From positions 1,792,001 through 1,856,000 of the forward strand of contig CBDCGL010000011.1 of assembly GCA_965216755.1 (NCBI GenBank): a DNA stretch of 64,000 bases, given 5' to 3'. A model generated the notes under the pieces. That model saw nothing but the letters and a program-made list of their open reading frames with translations, did not search any database and was not told the DNA's origin. Within the stretch, counting starts at the first letter, position 1, and the number at the start of each line of letters is the position of its first letter. The translations under genes were made by a program, and so were the position numbers. Source of the DNA: Alphaproteobacteria bacterium (GTDB taxonomy: Bacteria; Pseudomonadota; Alphaproteobacteria; UBA7887). Below are positions 1 through 9,672 of the stretch, piece after piece.

Positions 1-174
1 TTGCTGGGCGCTAACCAGACCGGCAGGCGCATCGACCTCGGGGCAAAAGACATGGCACCGATAGCCCAGCCGCGCGGCGGCCAGCGCCAGCATGCGGCCC
101 AATTGACCGCCACCCAAAATACCGATGGTCGCTCCCGGCGCGATCACGGCCCCGTGGCGTCCGCTAGGAGTCAT
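1..174 (-). CDS. purK: N5-carboxyaminoimidazole ribonucleotide synthase, 5' part (runs off window start)
   Basis: Manual translation from ATG at 174: [43 protein letters not shown], with the [12 protein letters not shown] PurK signature; overlaps the purE stop. Confidence 0.93.
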   Translation of the reverse strand, partial: MTPSGRHGAVIAPGATIGILGGGQLGRMLALAAARLGYRCHVFCPEVDAPAGLVSAQQ

Positions 175-664
175 CCTTCGGCGTCTCGGCCACGGACGCT
201 GTCTGCTGCACCCGATACGCCGTCAATGCATTGGCAACCTGCTCGTTTTCCAGACCGACAACCGCGGCGGCCAAGAGCGCCGCATTGATGGCGCCGGCAC
301 GACCAATGGCGGTTGTCCCGACCGGAACGCCAGCAGGCATTTGCACAATCGAAAGCAGACTATCCAAGCCACTCAATGCCTTGCTCTCAATCGGAACACC
401 AAAGACCGGCAACGTTGTCATCGACGCGCTCATACCCGGCAAGTGAGCGGCGCCACCAGCGCCAGCGATAATCGCGCGTAGACCGCGATCGCGAGCCCCC
501 GTCGCGTATTCATACAAACGATGAGGTGTACGATGGGCTGACACAATTCGGCATTCATGGGTAACGCCAAGCTGCTCAAGCGTGGCTGCGCAGTGGCGCA
601 TCGTATCCCAGTCTGACTGACTGCCCATGATGACGCCGACCAGGACATCTTGCGAACCAGTCAT
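164..664 (-). CDS. purE: N5-CAIR mutase
   Basis: [26 protein letters not shown] and QMPAGVPV motifs. Confidence 0.97.
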   Translation of the reverse strand: MTGSQDVLVGVIMGSQSDWDTMRHCAATLEQLGVTHECRIVSAHRTPHRLYEYATGARDRGLRAIIAGAGGAAHLPGMSASMTTLPVFGVPIESKALSGLDSLLSIVQMPAGVPVGTTAIGRAGAINAALLAAAVVGLENEQVANALTAYRVQQTASVAETPKDDS

Positions 665-819
665 CGACCGGCTCCAAAGCGATCACACATCCGACAGACG
701 GCCCCCGTTCCCGGACTTTGCTGCTTTTGCCATGCACACCGAAAAAAGCGTAAGCATACGCTGTGCAAATCCCAATCCTGGTGCACAGTACAGGATTCCT
801 CAGCCGTCAATATCCAGCA

Positions 820-1017
820 TTAAGCGATGATGTCTGGCAACAAATCGCTTTCGATTTTGGTAATCTTATCTTTGATGGCTAGCTTACGTTTCTTGAGCCG
901 CTGGATTTCGACATCGTCAAACCGGCCTTCGTTGAAAATCGCCCGTATCTGGTCATCCAGAACGCGATGTTCAGCCCGAAGGCTTTCCAGTTCTTCCGCC
1001 AGTGCGTCCTTGTTCAT
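820..1017 (-). CDS. YdcH/DUF465 family small coiled-coil protein
   Basis: 65 aa; EHRVLDDQI...IQRLKKRKLAIKDKI...LLPDIIA pattern. Confidence 0.88.
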   Translation of the reverse strand: MNKDALAEELESLRAEHRVLDDQIRAIFNEGRFDDVEIQRLKKRKLAIKDKITKIESDLLPDIIA

Positions 1018-1185
1018 CGGACCCCGATTGATTGTTTTTCCTGGTGCTCCCCCGCACCCTATTTACAGTATGGAAACAGTACCAGAGATGACCTGGTAAT
1101 AAAACCTTCACGGCTTTCGAAAGCCGCCCGCCTGCGCCCCCGCCACGCCCAAAACTATCGAGTTATCAATAACTTGGTGAAGATT

Positions 1186-2316
1186 ATGACGACCCAGAAC
1201 CGAAACCGAACTTTCGACAAAAAGAAGATTGGGATATTGACCAGCGGCGGTGATTGCGCGGGCTTGAACGCAATTATCCGCGCCGTCGTCCATCGGGCGA
1301 AACGGACCTATGGTTGGGATGTCTTGGGCATTAAGCAAGGGACCGACGGTTTGGCTTCGCGACCAATCGATGCCGCGCCCCTGGACTTCGAGGCGGTCGG
1401 CGGCCGAATCATTGTCATGAGTGGGACGATCCTCGGCACCACCAGTCGCGGCGGGTTGTTCGAGGACGACGACTTCGCAAAACCCACCGACCGGGCCAAA
1501 GAGATTGCCGAAGGCTATCACATCGCCGGTCTGGATGCTCTGATCGGAATCGGCGGCGACGGCAGCATGTCGATTCTGCAGCGGCTGGCCGAAATGGGTG
1601 ACTGGAAGTTGGTCGCCATCCCCAAGACGATTGACAACGATGTCGGTCTGACTGAACACGCAACCGGCTTCGACACAGCGGTCCACGTCGCCACGGAAGC
1701 TTTGGATCGCTTGCATTTTACGGCGGCGAGCCATAATCGCGTCATGATCTTGGAAGTGATGGGTCGAGATGCCGGCCACATCGCGTTGCGTGCCGGCATC
1801 GCTGGTGCAGCGGACGTAATCTTGATCCCGGAGATTCCGTACACCCTGGAGGCCATTCGCGCCAAAATCGAAAAACGCGCGCGCCGCGGGATGAACCACA
1901 GCCTGATCATCACAGCCGAGGCGGTGAAGACAGAGACGGGCGAGTCAGTATTGACGGTACAAGCGGACGGCGCGAAGCGCTATGGCGGCATTGGCCACTA
2001 TCTGGCCGCCCGCCTCGCAACATTATGCAAGGCGGACACACGGGTCACCGTGTTGGGGCACGTCCAGCGCGGCGGCATTCCAACCCACACCGATCGCATG
2101 TTGGCCTCTGCTTTTGGCGTCCACGCCGTTGACCTGGTTGCCCAACAGCGCTTTGACCGCATGGTCGCATGGCAGAACCGTCGTGTCGTCGATGTCTCGA
2201 TCAATGCGGCGACTCAGAGCCATGCAGCCGTCGACACGGCGGATCCATTGATCCATACGGCTCGCGGATTGGGTATTTGCTTGGGCGACGAGATCGACGA
2301 CAGCGACGGCGATTAG
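1186..2316 (+). CDS. pfkA: 6-phosphofructokinase (PfkA family, group III-like, probably ATP-dependent)
   Basis: LTSGGDCAGLN, GGDGS, PKTIDND, EVMGR and LGHVQRGG motifs; start trimmed to ATG 1186. Confidence 0.93.
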   Translation: MTTQNRNRTFDKKKIGILTSGGDCAGLNAIIRAVVHRAKRTYGWDVLGIKQGTDGLASRPIDAAPLDFEAVGGRIIVMSGTILGTTSRGGLFEDDDFAKPTDRAKEIAEGYHIAGLDALIGIGGDGSMSILQRLAEMGDWKLVAIPKTIDNDVGLTEHATGFDTAVHVATEALDRLHFTAASHNRVMILEVMGRDAGHIALRAGIAGAADVILIPEIPYTLEAIRAKIEKRARRGMNHSLIITAEAVKTETGESVLTVQADGAKRYGGIGHYLAARLATLCKADTRVTVLGHVQRGGIPTHTDRMLASAFGVHAVDLVAQQRFDRMVAWQNRRVVDVSINAATQSHAAVDTADPLIHTARGLGICLGDEIDDSDGD

Positions 2317-2324
2317 TCGCCAAG

Positions 2325-3284
2325 CTAGACTTTGATGTTATTGATCGCGGCGACCAAACCGGCCGCGATTCCGGGTTCACTGGCGCTGTGACCTGCGCCC
2401 GGGACGATATGCAACACAGCATCGGGCCAAGCCTGCGCAAGCCGCACGGCACCCCGCGGCGGACACAACAAATCATAGCGCCCCTGCACGATAGTGCCGG
2501 GTATGCCCTCAAGTTTCCAAGCATTGGCATGCAATTGATCAGGCTGCATAAACCAATCATTGTGCATGTAGTGCCATTCGAGGTACGGGGTATTCGGCAC
2601 TGGACCTGTCGCACTCGTCGGATCCAACGCGGCGGGCAGCGCTGTGTTGTCCGGTTTCAAGACCGACAGCGCGCGTTCGTAGGCGCCCCATGTTCGCGCC
2701 GCCATTTCATGTACTGCGGGATCACTGTGCTCGAGTCGAGCACCGTAAGCCGCGACCGGATCGGCGCGCTCTGCTTCCGGCAGGAGATCGACGAACTTGC
2801 GCCATAGAGATGGATAAAAGGTCTGCGCCGCGCCGACGAAGGCCCATTCCGAACCGGTTCTGGTGCCCAAAAAAACCGCCCGCAAGACAAGTCCCAAAAC
2901 ACGTTCGGGATGCGACTCGGCATATGCCAATCCCAGCGTCGATCCCCAAGAACCGCCAACCACCAGCCATCGGTCGATTGCCAGGGCCTGGCGGATCGCT
3001 TCCAGATCAGCCACCAGGTGCCACGTGGTATTGGCCGCGAGGCCACGCTTCGGCGTGCTGCGGCCGGCGCCACGTTGATCAAACAAAATCACGCGAAAGC
3101 GCCTCGGATCAAACAAGCGCGCGTGATCACGCTGACAACCGCTGCCCGGTCCGCCATGCAGGAACACTGCAGGCGTACCATCGGGCACGCCAAACTGCTC
3201 CAGATAGAGGATATGTCCGTCGCCGACGTCGATGCGTCGGCTGTCGAAAGAAGAGGCAAGCGGAAACAATCCATGCTGCGCCAT
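2325..3284 (-). CDS. pip: Proline iminopeptidase
   Basis: HGGPG, DQRGAGRS, GGSWG nucleophile, QGRYD and AGHS; start trimmed to ATG 3284. Confidence 0.92.
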   Translation of the reverse strand: MAQHGLFPLASSFDSRRIDVGDGHILYLEQFGVPDGTPAVFLHGGPGSGCQRDHARLFDPRRFRVILFDQRGAGRSTPKRGLAANTTWHLVADLEAIRQALAIDRWLVVGGSWGSTLGLAYAESHPERVLGLVLRAVFLGTRTGSEWAFVGAAQTFYPSLWRKFVDLLPEAERADPVAAYGARLEHSDPAVHEMAARTWGAYERALSVLKPDNTALPAALDPTSATGPVPNTPYLEWHYMHNDWFMQPDQLHANAWKLEGIPGTIVQGRYDLLCPPRGAVRLAQAWPDAVLHIVPGAGHSASEPGIAAGLVAAINNIKV

Positions 3285-3321
3285 TAGCCGCCCGCCCACT
3301 CCAAGCCGTTGATCACCCGCC

Positions 3322-5208
3322 TCATTGGGCGGCCACGGTCGATGCGATGCGACCGCCATCGCGAAACTCCAGGGCGACCAGGCGCGCGTAAAGGCCACCT
3401 TCGGCGACTAAAGTGTCGTGGTCACCCGTGGCAACCACCCTGCCCTTGTCAATGACGATGATCCGGTCCGCATTGCGTACTGTCGCCAAACGATGCGCGA
3501 TGATCAATGTCGTGCGCCCCGCCATAAGTTCGCTTAGGGCCTGCTGGACGACACGTTCGCTTTCGGCATCAAGTGCGCTTGTGGCTTCATCCAACAGCAA
3601 GACAGCCGGATCACGCAGCACTGCACGGGCAATGGCAATTCTCTGGCGCTGTCCGCCCGACAGGCGCACGCCGCGTGGCCCTAAATGTGTCCCAAAGCCA
3701 TCCGGCAACTCATCAAGGAAGCCTTCCGCCGCCGCCGCACGTGCCGCATCGCGGATCGCGTCGCGTCCGGCTTCCGGTCGTCCGTAGCCGATATTCTCCC
3801 AGGCGTCGTTCCCGAAGATCGCTGGTTCCTGAGGAACGATGGCCATGCACCGGCGCACATCGCGTGGATCCAAGTTGCGCAGATCGGTGCCATCCAGCGT
3901 TACACGTCCCGCCTGCGGATCGTAAAAGCGTTGCAACAGCTGGAAAATCGTCGTCTTGCCGGCACCAGAAGGCCCCACTAGGGCGATTGATTCGCCTGGC
4001 GCGATGGAAAATGTCAAACCTTCCAGGGCCGGTGCGTCGTGCCGTGTCGGGTAGTGGAACGTAACATTGTCAAACGCGACAGCGCCCGCGACCGGGCCGT
4101 GCAACGGAACGGCTGTCGGAGCGGTAACTATTTCCGGTGCCACGGACAACAGTGCCATCAAACGTTCGGTTGCCCCGGCCGCCCTTTGCAGATCGCCAAG
4201 CACTTCACTGATCGCACCTACCGCGCCAGCGACGACAATCGCAAAGAAAATAAATTGTGACAGCTCGCCAGCGCTGATCGCGCCGGCCATCACGTCGCGG
4301 CCGCCCACCCACAACACCAGGGCGATCGCCCCAAATACGGTCAACATGACGAACGCCGTCATCGCGCCGCGTGCGCGCACACGGCGGATGGCCACCACAA
4401 AGGCTGTTTCCACACGATCACGAAAGCGCGCGCGATCGATATCTTCATGGTTGAAAGCTTGGACCGTGTTGACCGCGTTCACGGTTTCTTCGACATGACT
4501 GGCGGCGTCTGCAACCTTATCTTGACTATCTCGGGACAGCCGCCGGACGCGCCGGCCAAAAAACACGATCGGAAAAACGACCGCCGGCACGAGCAAAAAC
4601 ACCAATCCGGTCAGCTTTGGGCTGGTGACCGCCAGCATGACCGTTGCCCCGATAAACAACAGTGCGTTGCGCAACGCGATCGATGCGCTGCTGCCGACAA
4701 CGACTTGCAGCAGGGTGGTGTCGGTGGTTAAGCGCGACAGAATTTCACCGGTCGGGGTCGATTCGAAAAAGGTTGGCGACAATCCGATAACGTGGTCGTA
4801 AACATCGCGTCGGATGTCGGCAACGACGCGTTCACCCAACCATGACACCAAGTAAAACCGGGCGTAGGTGGCTAGGGCGAGTACCGCGATCACCGCGATC
4901 AAAATCAACAACGCCGTGTCCAGCGCGCCGGGGTCGCCACCCCCGAATCCATTGTCGATCAACCAGCGCAGCCCGACGCCGACCGACAACACGGTCGCCG
5001 ATGCAATCGTCAATGCCACCAGCGCACCGGCAATGATCCAACCATGCGGTCGCAAGTAACTGATTAGGCGACGCAAATGGCCGAGATCACGGTTCGTGGG
5101 CCGGTCGCTGGCGCGCGCCTGTCCGATATCGACGATTGTGACGGTCTCCACTTCTGCCGATCGATATGAAGCTTGGTCGGATATAACGTCAGCCCACAAG
5201 CGCCACAA
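3322..5208 (-). CDS. ABC exporter, fused transmembrane + ATPase domains (MsbA-related)
   Basis: Hydrophobic multi-helix N-terminal half, Walker A GPSGAGKT, LSGGQ, LDEATSALD; true start probably 20-30 codons downstream. Confidence 0.92.
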   Translation of the reverse strand: MWRLWADVISDQASYRSAEVETVTIVDIGQARASDRPTNRDLGHLRRLISYLRPHGWIIAGALVALTIASATVLSVGVGLRWLIDNGFGGGDPGALDTALLILIAVIAVLALATYARFYLVSWLGERVVADIRRDVYDHVIGLSPTFFESTPTGEILSRLTTDTTLLQVVVGSSASIALRNALLFIGATVMLAVTSPKLTGLVFLLVPAVVFPIVFFGRRVRRLSRDSQDKVADAASHVEETVNAVNTVQAFNHEDIDRARFRDRVETAFVVAIRRVRARGAMTAFVMLTVFGAIALVLWVGGRDVMAGAISAGELSQFIFFAIVVAGAVGAISEVLGDLQRAAGATERLMALLSVAPEIVTAPTAVPLHGPVAGAVAFDNVTFHYPTRHDAPALEGLTFSIAPGESIALVGPSGAGKTTIFQLLQRFYDPQAGRVTLDGTDLRNLDPRDVRRCMAIVPQEPAIFGNDAWENIGYGRPEAGRDAIRDAARAAAAEGFLDELPDGFGTHLGPRGVRLSGGQRQRIAIARAVLRDPAVLLLDEATSALDAESERVVQQALSELMAGRTTLIIAHRLATVRNADRIIVIDKGRVVATGDHDTLVAEGGLYARLVALEFRDGGRIASTVAAQ

Positions 5209-5333
5209 GGGGCAGCACTGTCAGGTGGGGCTTGTTTCAGTGCGCCGACTTCGCTATACCGCCGCCTCGACGACTGACATGACGGTGATACGACCTATCT
5301 GCGTCGAGATGCATCGCGCCAAGGAGAGTTGGC

Positions 5334-5558
5334 ATGAAAAAAAACATTCATCCGGACTATCATGAAATCACCGTCATCATGACCGACGGCACGGAATTCA
5401 AAACTCGATCAACTTACGGCAAAGAGGGCGATACGCTGCGGCTGGACGTCGACCCTAGAACGCACCCGGCCTGGACCGGCGGCGCCACGCAGATCATTGA
5501 TACCGGCGGTCAAGTCGCGCGCTTCAACAAGCGCTTTCAGGGTATTGGTCTCAAATAG
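5334..5558 (+). CDS. rpmE: 50S ribosomal protein L31 (Cys-less type)
   Basis: [10 protein letters not shown]...[14 protein letters not shown]...[11 protein letters not shown]; AGGAG RBS. Confidence 0.97.
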   Translation: MKKNIHPDYHEITVIMTDGTEFKTRSTYGKEGDTLRLDVDPRTHPAWTGGATQIIDTGGQVARFNKRFQGIGLK

Positions 5559-5571
5559 ATCACCGACGAAC

Positions 5572-6015
5572 TCAATTGGACGGACATAGACGCGACAACG
5601 CGCGTCGGATCTTGTCTGGTATCGGCGTCGTCCTATGCTGGGCTGCACGCTCCACGAATACGTGCACGAAGTAGCCGATCGCCGCCGGGTCGTCCTCACC
5701 GCGGCGAAACAAGCCGATTTCATAGACGACACTGGTCCGCCCCAGCTTGGTCACCCGTAGCCCCGCATCCAAGATCTCAGGATGGCTCAAAGGCTTAAGA
5801 TAGCGGCAGCGCGTCTCGGGGATAATGCCGATGGCCGGATCGTTGTGAATGTCGAAGCCGCCCTCGTCGATCATGTGGCCATTGACGACCGTATCGATGT
5901 ATTCGTAATAGACGATGTTGTTGACGTGCCCGTAGATGTCATTGTCCTTCCAGCGGGTCTGGATCTCGCGAAAATAGGGATAGTCGTTGCGCGTGCGCTG
6001 GTCGTCCGTGGTCAC
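5572..6015 (-). CDS. Acyl-CoA thioesterase (4HBT hot-dog family)
   Basis: TRWKDNDIYGHVNN motif; GTG start at 6015 with AAGGAG RBS. Confidence 0.88.
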   Translation of the reverse strand: MTTDDQRTRNDYPYFREIQTRWKDNDIYGHVNNIVYYEYIDTVVNGHMIDEGGFDIHNDPAIGIIPETRCRYLKPLSHPEILDAGLRVTKLGRTSVVYEIGLFRRGEDDPAAIGYFVHVFVERAAQHRTTPIPDKIRRALSRLCPSN

Positions 6016-6055
6016 GGCTCTGCCGGCTCCTTTTGCAGTTCGGGATGTGGTCGTT

Positions 6056-6844
6056 CTATAGGAACGTGGCCAAGGCCTTGAGCGTCGCGTCGGGCTTTTC
6101 AATCATCATCATATGCCCGCTGTCCGGGATCATGGCCAAGCGGCCGTTCGGCAGGGATTCGCTTAGTTGCTGGCAGGCACGCATCGGCACCATGCGGTCG
6201 CTGGCGCCGCCAATGACGATCGCCGGACAAGAAACGGCAGACGCCGCTGCGGGCCCCCGTTGATAGGCGTTGCACGCGTTGAAATCAGCATACAGCGTTG
6301 CGCCGCCGTCTCTTTCCAACAGCCTCTGTCCGCCGGCGAGCATCCATAGTCCGGGCGCGCGCATGCCACCGATATGGGCCCGCTGGCCGTAAGCCCACGA
6401 GACGATGAAGCGGATCGCTGCCGCGGGGTCATCTTTGGTCGCAGTCAGCAGTGCCTCGTTGACCGGCATGGCGTCGCCGGCCCCGAGAACGGCGATCGCG
6501 ATAATTCGATCTCCAAACTGCGCCGCGGCTTCCAACGCGATTAGGCCGCCCATACTGTGGCCGACCAATGCGGCGCGCTGCAATCCGGCAGCATCTAGCA
6601 AACCGCTCACCCAGCTGGCAGCATCTTCAATTGATGTCAGCGCCGGGCCGTCGCTGCGCCCATGCCCGGGCAAATCGACCGCCAACACGGCATGACCATG
6701 ATGGGCGAAGTAACGGGCCTGTAGTGCCCAAACCGTGCGATCCATACCCGCCCCGTGCAAAAACACCAGGCCTGGTTGCGAAGGATCGAACGAGGCACCA
6801 CCCGTCGCCGCATAGGCCGACCGACCGTTGACCGTGAGTTCCAT
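6056..6844 (-). CDS. Alpha/beta fold hydrolase
   Basis: HGAG, DLPGHGRS, GHSMG and C-terminal SGH. Confidence 0.9.
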   Translation of the reverse strand: MELTVNGRSAYAATGGASFDPSQPGLVFLHGAGMDRTVWALQARYFAHHGHAVLAVDLPGHGRSDGPALTSIEDAASWVSGLLDAAGLQRAALVGHSMGGLIALEAAAQFGDRIIAIAVLGAGDAMPVNEALLTATKDDPAAAIRFIVSWAYGQRAHIGGMRAPGLWMLAGGQRLLERDGGATLYADFNACNAYQRGPAAASAVSCPAIVIGGASDRMVPMRACQQLSESLPNGRLAMIPDSGHMMMIEKPDATLKALATFL

Positions 6845-6847
6845 GAC

Positions 6848-8173
6848 CTAGCCCTGTACCGCATTTGCCGTTTTTCGGGTTTTTTGGGACGCTCGCAGGG
6901 CGCGATCCAAATCGTCGATGAGGTCGTCAGGATCCTCCAACCCGATCGACAGACGCACCAATTCCTCGCCGATCCCAGCCGCCTTGAGTTGGTCGGGTGA
7001 CATTTGTTGATGCGTCGTGCTGGCTGGATGAATCACCAACGATTTGGCGTCGCCAACGTTTGCCAAGTGGGAAAATAGGTTCAACCGCTCGATAAAAAGC
7101 CTGCCGGCCTGGCGGCCACCTTTAATTCCGAATGAAGGAATCGCGCCGGCACCTTTGGGCAATAGCTTGGCGGCCAGCGCCCGATCCGGGTGACTCTCCA
7201 GTTCCGGATAGCTAACCCACGCGACCGCCGCGTGCTGGTCGAGAAACGTCACGACCTTGCGCGTGTTTTCGACGTGTCGGGCCATGCGCAGTGGCAGATC
7301 TTCAACCCCGAGCACGATATAGAAGGCGTTGGTCGGGCTCATGCAAGCCCCAAAGTCGCGCAGACCCTCGGCGCGCGCGCGCATGATCATTGCCGCCGGC
7401 CCAAACTCGTCGGCGAAATCAAGGCCGTGATATCCCTCATACGGTTCGGTCAAAGTCGGAAACTTGGCCGCCGATGCTTCCCAATCGAACCGACCGCCAT
7501 CAATCAACACGCCGCCGATCGCAACCCCGTGGCCGCCGAGAAATTTTGTGACCGAATGCATGACCAGATCGGCGCCGAGCACGAACGGCTGGCACAAATA
7601 GGGCGTGGCAAATGTATTGTCGATCATCAACGGCAGTCCGGCCCGATGGGCGATCTCTGCCACTGCCGGGATGTCTAGGACTTCCAGACCCGGATTGCCG
7701 AGTGTTTCACCGAATACCAAGCGCGTTTCGGGCCGAATGGCCGCCTCGAATGCCGCCGGGTCACGTGGATCGACAAAAGTGGTTTGAATGCCGAACCGTG
7801 GCAGCGTATGGCAGAACATATTGTAACTTCCGCCATAGAGGCATTTGGACGCTACGATGTGGCCACCGGCATCGATGAGGGTGGCGATCGCCAAATGCAA
7901 AGCGGCTTGACCGCTGGCCGTGCATATTGCCCCGACCCCATTTTCCAGCGCCGACAAGCGCTCCTCCAGGACCGCTACCGTCGGATTGCTGATGCGTGAA
8001 TAGATATGACCGGCGCGTTCGAGATTGAACAGTGACGCGGCATGGGCCGTATCTTCAAACATGTACGATGTTGTTTGGTAAATCGGCACGGCTCGGGCAC
8101 GAAATTCCGGATCAGGATGTTGTCCAGCATGCAACGCCAAAGTATCGAATTTCAGGAAGTCGGGGTCGGCCAT
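6848..8173 (-). CDS. metY: O-acetylhomoserine aminocarboxypropyltransferase / sulfhydrylase (MetY family)
   Basis: PIYQTTS, YSRISNPT, HSVTKFLGGHG (PLP lysine), HLANVGD, HPASTTH; start trimmed to ATG 8173. Confidence 0.9.
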   Translation of the reverse strand: MADPDFLKFDTLALHAGQHPDPEFRARAVPIYQTTSYMFEDTAHAASLFNLERAGHIYSRISNPTVAVLEERLSALENGVGAICTASGQAALHLAIATLIDAGGHIVASKCLYGGSYNMFCHTLPRFGIQTTFVDPRDPAAFEAAIRPETRLVFGETLGNPGLEVLDIPAVAEIAHRAGLPLMIDNTFATPYLCQPFVLGADLVMHSVTKFLGGHGVAIGGVLIDGGRFDWEASAAKFPTLTEPYEGYHGLDFADEFGPAAMIMRARAEGLRDFGACMSPTNAFYIVLGVEDLPLRMARHVENTRKVVTFLDQHAAVAWVSYPELESHPDRALAAKLLPKGAGAIPSFGIKGGRQAGRLFIERLNLFSHLANVGDAKSLVIHPASTTHQQMSPDQLKAAGIGEELVRLSIGLEDPDDLIDDLDRALRASQKTRKTANAVQG

Positions 8174-8290
8174 GCGTGCCTCCTGTGCCTGGAACCATCT
8201 TGGTCGCGGCAAGCCTACACACCGAGTCAGTGGCCGTCTACTTGGCGCCACCGTCGGGCCGAGCCAACACAATCGTCGGCAAATGGCCCC

Positions 8291-8321
8291 AAAAAAAAGA
8301 AGGCCGTCCAAATGGACGGCC
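8291..8321 (-). terminator. Rho-independent terminator of the sRNA
   Basis: Perfect 9-bp inverted repeat (8302-8310/8313-8321) followed by TTCTTTTTTTT on the minus strand. Confidence 0.85.
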
Positions 8322-8385
8322 AAGGTTAACAGGGAGGTACTCGCAAAAGCCAGAAGGCCGAGAATTGAGCCTTCGTGCTGTGCAT
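8291..8385 (-). ncRNA. Alpha-r8 / SuhB / MmgR-like small RNA
   Basis: Minus strand: 5' hairpin GAAGGC..GCCTTC, single-stranded anti-SD CCTCCCT, TTAACCTT, then a 9-bp stem GGCCGTCCA/TGGACGGCC and a T8 tract; 5' end approximate. Confidence 0.7.
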
Positions 8386-8413
8386 CACCAGATACCAATT
8401 AATAGCGAAACAC

Positions 8414-8429
8414 TTAATGAAATATTAAC
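8414..8429. promoter_or_regulatory. CtrA-binding site
   Basis: TTAA-TGAAATA-TTAAC, an exact TTAA-N7-TTAAC match in the AT-rich region upstream of the sRNA. Confidence 0.6.
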
Positions 8430-8487
8430 GCAGGCAAAAAACTTTGCTTGCACATAAAAGCGCCTGGGAAAACTAAATGACGCATGA

Positions 8488-8673
8488 CTAACGAAAAAAA
8501 CGTTCGGCGTCATTCATTGCTGCTTGTTTGTTTGAAATTTCTTCTTTGACCCGCGTGATCTCGGCCTCCAGATCGCCAATATACTCCTGTAGTGCCTCTA
8601 GAGACATCGGTTCCAGATTTCTCGGAAAAGACAGATCCTGTTTTGGCTTTGCAGCATCATCGTCCGATAGCAT
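8488..8673 (-). CDS. DUF1192 family protein
   Basis: LEPMSLEALQEYIGDLEAEITRV...AERFFR; GGAGG RBS before ATG 8673. Confidence 0.85.
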   Translation of the reverse strand: MLSDDDAAKPKQDLSFPRNLEPMSLEALQEYIGDLEAEITRVKEEISNKQAAMNDAERFFR

Positions 8674-8823
8674 TCTTGCGCCCTCCAATATCCCCAAGAC
8701 ATTTCCATATGTTACAGGGCATACTCTGTCGCATGAGCGACTGTGTTCTGCAATTGACCCATGGTCAATGCCGCAATGTGGGTGCGGCCTTTTACACTAT
8801 TCGCAACGCGACGGACCGGAACC

Positions 8824-9660
8824 ATGGTTTCTAACTCTGACCGGTTCCTTGTCCGCTTCTGGGGTGTGCGGGGCAGTATCGCGTGTCCCGGCCCGCGCAC
8901 GATGCGCTATGGCGGCAACACGTCTTGCCTTGAAGTTCGCTGCGGTGATCGCCTGTTGATCTTTGACGCCGGCACGGGCATTCATGAATTTGGCGCGCGC
9001 CTTGACGGCGAGCAACCGCTGCAGACCGATCTTTTCTTTAGTCATACGCATTTCGATCACATTTGCGGCTTTCCATTCTTTGCACCAGCCTTTTCCGAAG
9101 ACAATGAATTGCGCATTTGGGCGGGCCACTTATTGCCTGATAGGACCATCCGCGAGGTTTTGATCTACCTGATGATGGATCCATTGTTCCCCATCCCGAT
9201 CGACACTATGCGCGCCAAAATGACGTTTCGCGATTTTCAAGCCGGCGATACGCTGGCCCCCCACAGTGGCATTACAGTGCGTACGGCGCCGCTCAATCAC
9301 CCGAATAATGCCACTGGCTATCGCATCGAGTTCGACGGCAAATCGGTTTGTTACGTCACGGATACCGAACATGTGCCCGGGCAGATCGATCAAAACATCA
9401 TTGACCTGGTTCGCGACGCCGATGTTTTCATATATGACAGCACCTACACTGATGCGGAATTCCCGAGTCACGTCAGTTGGGGGCATTCAACGTGGCAAGA
9501 AGGGGCGCGCATCGCCGATGCCGCCGGTGTTAAGACCTTTATCGTGTTTCACCACGACCCGGATCACGATGATGCCTTCATGGACGGGGTCGCCGCCGAT
9601 GTTGCGCGTGCGCGACCCGGTTCCCTAGTCGCGCAAGAGGGCATGACGATCAGACCTTAG
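8824..9660 (+). CDS. MBL-fold metallo-hydrolase
   Basis: FWGVRGSI, YGGNTSC, DAGTG, HTHFDH, TDTEH, WGHS, HHDP. Confidence 0.92.
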   Translation: MVSNSDRFLVRFWGVRGSIACPGPRTMRYGGNTSCLEVRCGDRLLIFDAGTGIHEFGARLDGEQPLQTDLFFSHTHFDHICGFPFFAPAFSEDNELRIWAGHLLPDRTIREVLIYLMMDPLFPIPIDTMRAKMTFRDFQAGDTLAPHSGITVRTAPLNHPNNATGYRIEFDGKSVCYVTDTEHVPGQIDQNIIDLVRDADVFIYDSTYTDAEFPSHVSWGHSTWQEGARIADAAGVKTFIVFHHDPDHDDAFMDGVAADVARARPGSLVAQEGMTIRP

Positions 9661-9672
9661 TGGAGGCCGCGT

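Noticed and set aside
8174-8400. SAM riboswitch upstream of metY
   Set aside because: No recognisable SAM-II or SAM-SAH core; the terminator and CCUCCCU motif fit an independent sRNA better
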